Shown here: piece after piece, positions 57,186-64,000 of the stretch
Position numbering within the stretch: position 1 is the first letter of the stretch
Layout: every line of letters begins with the position of its first letter
From: the human T2T-CHM13v2.0 reference genome, Homo sapiens
Direction of reading: 5' to 3'
DNA length: 64,000 nt
NCBI GenBank assembly: GCA_009914755.4
Contig: CP068257.2
Location: 21,792,001 to 21,856,000 of the forward strand
Program-made: the position numbers and the translations under genes
Notes under the pieces: generated by a model
The model's database searches: none
Told to the model about the DNA's origin: nothing
Seen by the model: only the letters and a program-made list of their open reading frames with translations

Positions 57186-57422
57186 CTAGTACAATAGGAG
57201 GTTTCCCATCTCTTTCATGCCTAAGATTTCAGAAAAAAGATCCTGTTCCACAGACTCGAATATGTCGAACATTCTGGGTTCCATTTTGTTCTGCTGTGCC
57301 TTGTAGTCATTGTGTCTAACTTGTCTCTTGCGGTTCACTGGCCTCTGTAACTCCAGGGTCCTATCATATACAGTAATGCCTGGGAGCTCGACAGCATCCT
57401 CCACCATTACGACAGCCACCAA
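57186..57422 (-). other. 78-codon open frame on the minus strand that ends at a consensus GTGAGT donor-like site; unclassified, either a chance ORF or an exon/pseudogene fragment (speculative)
   Basis: The minus-strand translation is LVAVVMVEDAVELPGITVYDRTLELQRPVNRKRQVRHNDYKAQQNKMEPRMFDIFESVEQDLFSEILGMKEMGNLLLY*. The minus-strand sequence reads ...GGAAACCTCCTATTGTACTA|GTGAGTTTATTGG, so the stop codon straddles a canonical GTGAGT. Seven CpGs fall in about 250 bp (ACTCGAAT, TGTCGAAC, TTGCGGTT, CTCGACAGC, TTACGACAGC, TAGCGTAGG, CTTCGGAC). I recognise no homology to a known protein. An ORF of this length is common by chance in a 64-kb window. Confidence 0.12.
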
Positions 57423-58123
57423 AACTCTCTGTTATTATAGCGTAGGTATCAGTGGTTTTGCAAGGACCTACCCTTCGGACTCTCATGTGGGGAGGGAACA
57501 AGTCCTCTCCTGATTAATCCACTGTCATATTTCTATATTTTTGGATACCTTCCCTTATATGCTACCAAGAGAGTGATGGCATCTCATCCTCCTTGAATGT
57601 GGGCCTAGTTGAGCTTGAGCTTAATTTTTGTCAGTCAACCAAGCAAACCACTAGAGCCAATCCTGTTTAAAGCATGCTCATAATGAATTGTTATAATGGC
57701 CAGGTCTTCGCTTTAAACTGATTTCCAGTATCAAGTCTGTTTTCGTTTTGTAATCCATGGTGCTAGAACATAATAGCAGAAATGAAAAAAAAAAAAGGAT
57801 AAAAATGCTAATATTATCATGACATTTAATATATTCGAACAGTTCTTCATAAGCTAATTATCATACAAACAATATGAAGATGTTCTGTGTATCTTCATCA
57901 ATACTTCACTACTAAAATGCTTTGTTAACTGCTAATGAAAAAACAAGTAGTTCATTATAAAGTGGCAGCCATTGAACGGCAAATTTTAGTGCTTTTATTT
58001 TAGCAGGTGACTGTCACCATCGCAGAATCTGCCATGGCACTGCATAATCTCAGTCTGAAAAGCAAGTATGAAACATGTCTTCAGGATTTTGATTGAGTTA
58101 AAAATGGTTCTCTGTTAAAATAA

Positions 58124-58431
<308 letters not shown>

Positions 58432-58539
58432 CAATAAATCATATTCTTTATGTTCAGTTCATTTTGTTTAATCTACCAATCCTACTTACGCAAGAATCTT
58501 TTTGTTTGCTAAGTATCTACTTATGAGGAGAAGGAATAT

Positions 58540-58700
58540 ATGTATATATTTTTTCCATATACCTTGGAATATTTAAGTATATATTAAGTACTTATATATA
58601 TTTAATATATGCTTATATATTCCAAGGTATATGGATGTATGTATGTGTGTATATATGAGTGTGTGTGTGTGTATATATCATATATATATAGAGAGAGATA
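58540..58700. repeat. TA/TG-rich low-complexity region containing an imperfect palindrome of about 80 bp (58555-58634)
   Basis: CCATATACCTTGGAATATTTAAGTATATATTAAGTAC | TTATATATATTTAATATATGCTTATATATTCCAAGGTATATGG has 18-bp outer arms, CCATATACCTTGGAATAT and ATATTCCAAGGTATATGG, that are perfect inverted repeats. It is followed by (TG)n/(TA)n/(GA)n tracts. Confidence 0.8.
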
Positions 58701-61700
58701 GATAGATACAGATTTGTCTTGTCTTGCCCAAAAATGACAGTTCTTTTTCCAGGGACTTTCAACAAAGAATGCCAGCAATCTCTAAAGCTGAATTTTTTTC
58801 CTTCTGGAAAATTCTTTCTTCAAGAACACTTAGTTAATTCCCTTCTTTTATATGCTAAATAAAAAAACTGCATAAATTTATTTTTACCTATTTTTAATAC
58901 ACTGATGTGTTTCTTAAGATGTTTACTAGTTTCAGTGTTCTGTATAATTTCTCTTTATAAAATAACTTGCTGTTTGTGACTAATAGCAGATCTATGAGGG
59001 TGAATTGCTATGAAAAACAGAACTTATAGGAGAACTCTCACCTCTCTAGTGACAACATCTTACATTATATACTTTGATACTGAATTTTATGCATTTGCAT
59101 GAGATAAAAATGCATTTATAATAACACATAAATTGTAAGAACTGTTTTGGAACGATCACTTGTATTTGTGAGATTTAGAGGATTTATGACTATTGCGTCT
59201 TTCTCTTAGAAGAGGTCCACACAAATGTGACATTCTCTCAGGTCAGAATGTAAAAAAAAAACAATGCAATCTAAATTCGACTACTTCATTCATCTTTTAG
59301 AACCATTTTTAAAGTGTTCGTTAATTCTAACTTTCTTCATTTCTGAAATGAAGTTCAATAAACGGAACAAGCACTTTATCTTCCAAAAGTGATTCGTTTG
59401 AAAATTCCTCTGTTGGATTTAATTAGGTGAGATGTCTGTAAGTGGGTAATTAGTTCACTCAGCAGATGAATACAGAAATGTTTCTCAGAAGGCAGCTTTA
59501 TTATATTTTCACCTTCATGTACCAAGAGGAAACATTTTCAAAAATAAACACTTCTAATGAAACTGTTCTCCTTCCACTGGTGTAATTCCAAATAAACAGC
59601 AACCCAGATAAAATATATATAATCTTTTATCAGTAATTCATGCTTCAAAAAAGTGTGCAATACATTATTAAAAATTTTATGAAGACAGATATTGTTATAT
59701 GGAAGATACCAAATTTAAATAGATATTACTTGGAAATAGCATACATATTTTACCATAAAAGAAAACAACTGAACAAAGGATATTAGACACACTTGGCAAG
59801 ACTGAATTTTATCTTAGTAACATAATAGAGCTAAAGCTTTTTACTACAAAATACTTTAAATAATTGCCTCCACTAGGGAATTTGACTTTCAGCATTTATT
59901 ATTCAAATTACTGAACTAGATCTATGGATTCCTATTACCACATATATATTGCATTACTGGGAGATTAACTTGACCTCTCTCAAATTAACCAGTGCCAATA
60001 AGGCAAACCCAATCACATTATAACTACGTGAACCATCTATACAATAGAGCTATATCTGATGTCTTTGTAAAATTATAAAATTTTAATGCTAGTTTTAAAA
60101 TATTTATGCCAGAGAGAAAAAATTAATAGATTTTGTTCCTGGGTTCCAGATTAGAGAATTGCTCAGAGAAAGAATTTGTATGATGTTTATTCCCGCAATT
60201 GCATTTGAGCCTTAAGCTTTTGCTTTCTTTAAGATTTTATTAATGCCCCAAATCCTGCAGCTTTTGCTACAACAGAGGATAGCCCTTTGTATTTATATGT
60301 TTAATACAGGCAATGTATATCTGCAAATATTATTTTGTACACTAAATTGTATCTACACTTTCATGTGATATATATCCCATATTAAATATTTATTATACTT
60401 TTATGAAGCACAATTATATGTATTTAATTTTCATTAAATTGTAAGCAGAATCTACACAAGAATAGAAATATATTTTTAAACAAGAAGAGAATAGATTTTT
60501 CAATCTGGAAGAAAAAGTTTCATAATGAAATAGTTGTGCTTGTTTTGTTTAAATAATTGCGTAACTGATTACTTGACACACACACAAGCACACAGTTTTA
60601 AAGGATAAAAATCATTCCTTAGAATTCCACACAGTATTGTTTTACCAAAAAACAATCCAACTGAATATTCACATTTACCATTCACAACATCCAGGTCTTG
60701 CTTTTCTTAGTCAAAGGAGGTGAAGATTCCCTGTTCTGCATTCACAGTGTTGTTGCCTAACCAAGTTTGAGTGTAACTTAATTTTGTTTTGCATTTTTCA
60801 TGCCTTTTCATTTAGTTACCCTGTGGAAAAGGGTCTATTATCAGTATTAAAGCAACTAGAATATACAGTGTCGAACAGTTACACTCTCAAGGGGATACTT
60901 AGGTTAGTTAGAGGAAAATTATTCTCTTCTACATGTCTCTTCATTTCACAGATACAAAGAGAATAGGGAATACTTCTTTGAATACAGTGTAAGCACTTGT
61001 TACAATCAGAAATTACTTTGGAAATATGCACCAAAGTAAGAAGCAGTTTCCTTTGGGCAGTGATTATGAATATAATCACATCATCTATCAACATATGTCA
61101 CCTTTTGTTTTGAATTTTAATTATTTTATTTACTGGTATCGTATGTTACATTGTTGTACTAAGTCCTCTAGTTTGTTTTATGTAAGTGATAATAGTAGGC
61201 AAACTTGGTCCCTAGTCTTAAACAGGAATGGGAAAGTTTTACCATTAAATACAGTATTTGCTACAGTTTTCGTATGGATTATTTTTGACTAGCTGTGGAG
61301 TTCATTGCTATTCCTTGTTTGCTAGAAGTTGTTATCATGAATGAACAGTTCAATTCTATTACTTTTTCCTGTATCTAGCTTGATAATTATTTTATTTTTT
61401 ATTACTTAATCATTTTCTTGTAATCTCAAGGAGGCTCACAGATAATGCCAAAGTCCACAGATGATAGTTTGAGAGCCACTGCTTAGACATCAGTTAAGAT
61501 TTTTAATGAAGATTTACTTCAGTTAAGATGTTTTCCGAGTGGTGAACTTTCTTGCCCCTGGTTTATGTGAAAATATCTCTGCTTGCTTTCATCCTTTAAT
61601 GATGCTTTCACTGTATTATTCCCAATTCTAGATTTAGACATGTTTTTTGGACCTTTGTACATTTTATTCCACATACTTTTGAACTCTATTGATGTTTTTT

Positions 61701-63262
61701 CAGAAGTAAAATGTCAGTTGACTCATTTTTTTCTTGTAGAAAGCTGTCTTTTTTTCTCTGAATGTTTCAAGAATTATTTCTGTATCTGTACTTATTTTCT
61801 CTTGCTGCCGTACAAACTACTGCAAACTTAGTGGCTTAAAACAACACAAATGTATTAACTTCCAGTTGTACATAAATCCCCAAAGCCTGTCGTTGGGCCA
61901 AAATCAAGGTCAACAGGATGACTTTTTCTATTAAACCAAATGAAGTTTACTTGTTAATTACAGTCTTAGAAATGAGTGTTTTCATTTATCTATTTGCATT
62001 TTAAAAATATATAAGAATATATTTATATGTAACAATTTCATACAAACATAATAATGATCTATCATTTTCTGTTTCGTTTAACTCCTTAGGAAGTGGCATC
62101 AGGGTTATATTAGTTTCATTCTCTGCTTTAAACAGCTTTTGTGGTTTTGTAGTTACTTATTTTTGAAAGATGAAACAAACCTAGCTTTAAAATTGAGAGT
62201 TCTAAAATCTTTGCCACTAGAGACTTCAAATCTCTTCAGGCTTAAGTTGGAAATAAAATTCAAATAGCAATCAAACAAAAACAAATTACTATTTTCAAAT
62301 AAAATAAATGATATTTAGTAAAAGCAATTCAAATATAACAAATAAATTTTATCACAGCTTTTTTTTTTTCAATTTTAGCCTGTAAATCAAGGCTTTTGAC
62401 TAATTGGTTGATATAGAGACTAGAGCTAGGGACTACAAGTCACCGTTTGTAAGTCTCTGAGGTTGACATAATAGAATATGTTTAGCAGGGAATTATCTTA
62501 ACAGTAAAAGCAGTGAATTTATTCAGTTACATTTCTTTCCAGATTAGATAACAAAATCTGAAAACTAGGGTATAACTACTTGACCTAATTCAAATAATGA
62601 GTTGGTACCCAAGTATAGATTGGGGTGTTCATTAATATTTCATATTGTCTTTCTAGCAATTCTTCAGATAAGCTTAATATCTCACAGCTATTTTAAGTAA
62701 AAATAAATAATTATGCTTTATTTATTAAATAAATGTGAGGTATTAATGCTTAGGTGATTTAATAGTGACTTTTAGAAATTTTGTTCTTTTAATATATGCT
62801 GAAGTTATTTAAAATTCACTTTTTGAGTTATTAACTCATAAGACTGATTTGACTTAAAACTATAAGCTAATTTGACTTATTTTATCAGATATGACTTATT
62901 ACATGTCTTAAAATATATCTTGATTTCATTATATAATATTTTTAATATGTGTGTATGTGTGAAAGCAGTGGCATTTTGTGAGGGTTGAAGATAGTCTTTT
63001 CTTGGATCAAGCTGAAACAATTTTAATTTCTGCATTTCTTACTTGTTAAATTGATTTGTCTTTGGGCAGGTTAGTTAATCTATACATGCTTCACATTTTT
63101 TTTTTTCTGTAAGACTAAAAAAGTGTTTGATCCTTTATGCTGACACAAACATTCTACTATATAAAAAAAGAACACTTCTTCTGATAAGTTTCAAGGCTCT
63201 GTAGATATAATAATTATATTGAATTATGCTCAATATTTCCATTTTGCCCTTAATTTGGTGTG

Positions 63263-63617
63263 TTATTCTGTTTTCATGATGCTGATAAAAACATACCCGA
63301 GACTGGGAAGAAAAAGAGGTTTAATTAACTTGCAGTTCTACATGCATGGGGAGGCCTCAAAATCATGGAGGAAGGCAAAGAGGAGCAAGTCACGCCTTAC
63401 ACGGATGGAAGCAAGCAAAGAGAGAGCTTGTGCAGGGTAACTACTATTTTTAAAACCATCAGATCCTTTAAGACTCATTCACTATCATGAGAACAGTTCA
63501 GAAAAGACCTGCCACCGTAATTCAATCACCTCCCACTGAGTTCCTCCCACAACATATGGGAATTGTGGGAGTTTCAATTCAAGATGAGATTTGGGTGCGG
63601 ACACAGCCAATCATATC
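63263..63617 (-). mobile_element. THE1-like MaLR LTR, reverse orientation, probably the 3' LTR of an element whose internal region continues to the window end
   Basis: The reverse complement of the LTR 3' end is TGCTGATAAAAACATACCCGAGACTGGGAAGAAAAAGAGGTTTAATTAACTTGCAGTTCTACATGCATGGGGAGGCCTCAAAATCATGGAGGAAGGCAAAGAGGAGCAAGTCACGCCTTACACGGATGGAAGCAAGCAAAGAGAGAGCTTGTGCAGGG. It ends ...GAGATTTGGGTGCGGACACAGCCAATCATATCA. The downstream plus-strand sequence (63618-64000: GTCCACTCCTGGCCCCTCCCAAATCTCACGTCCTCACATTTCAAAACCAATCATACCTTCC...CCATTCCAAATGGGAGAAATTGCCCAAAACAAAGGGG) resembles MaLR internal sequence. Confidence 0.8.
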
Positions 63618-64000
63618 AGTCCACTCCTGGCCCCTCCCAAATCTCACGTCCTCACATTTCAAAACCAATCATACCTTCCTGACAGTCCCCCAAAGTCTTA
63701 ATTAATTTCAGCATTAACTCAAAAGTCCACAGTCCAATATCTCATCTGAGACAAGGCAAGTTTCTTTTGCCTATGAGCATGTAAAATCAAAAGTTACTTC
63801 CTAGATACAATGGAGATGCAAGCATTGGGTAAATACAGCCATTCCAAATGGGAGAAATTGCCCAAAACAAAGGGGCTACAGGCCCCATGCAAGTTTGAAA
63901 TCCAGCAGGGCAATCAAATCTTAAAGCTCCAAAATGATCTCCTTTGACTCCATGTCTCACATCCAAGTCATGCTGAGGCAAGAGGTGGGTTTCCATGGTC

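Overview
This window is primate, almost certainly human, nuclear genomic DNA. It is not prokaryotic. It is AT-rich and gene-poor, and looks like intergenic or deep-intronic sequence of the L1-rich, G-band type. Recognisable features are almost all interspersed repeats and simple repeats. There are at least 15 Alu SINEs, six of them flanked by clear target-site duplications. There are six THE1/MST-type MaLR solo LTRs in both orientations and several fragmented old L1 elements. Two of these L1 elements are large: an antisense element of about 4.5 kb at 24.8-29.3 kb and a sense-strand ORF2-bearing element at about 44-50 kb. One Tigger2-like DNA-transposon fragment is present. Two diverged copies of an LTR-like repeat and two copies of an unclassified ancient repeat also occur, plus many microsatellites. 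Insertions are often nested: Alu into L1, LTR into L1, Alu into LTR, and Alu plus DNA transposon into L1 ORF2. I cannot support any protein-coding gene, rRNA, tRNA or CRISPR array. The supplied six-frame ORFs are mostly repeat-derived artefacts (antisense-strand THE1/MaLR LTR ORFs, Alu-spanning ORFs, and ORFs mirrored by an inverted duplication) or chance ORFs in AT-rich DNA. I found no coherent multi-gene biological system. The observations worth a second look are structural, plus two weak exon-like candidates:
- a ~260-bp inverted duplication with a 530-bp spacer next to a (GT)19 tract;
- a tandem pair of AluY elements sharing the same 15-bp target-site duplication;
- an Alu with an internal 33-bp duplication and a (CT)n(TA)n tail in place of poly-A;
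- a CpG/GC-enriched ~0.6-kb block with AP-1 and CRE-like motifs next to a long AT simple repeat, which may be an unclassified solo LTR or enhancer;
- AT-rich palindromes;
- two weak exon-like candidates.
All coordinates are approximate (about +/-5 bp) because they were read by eye.
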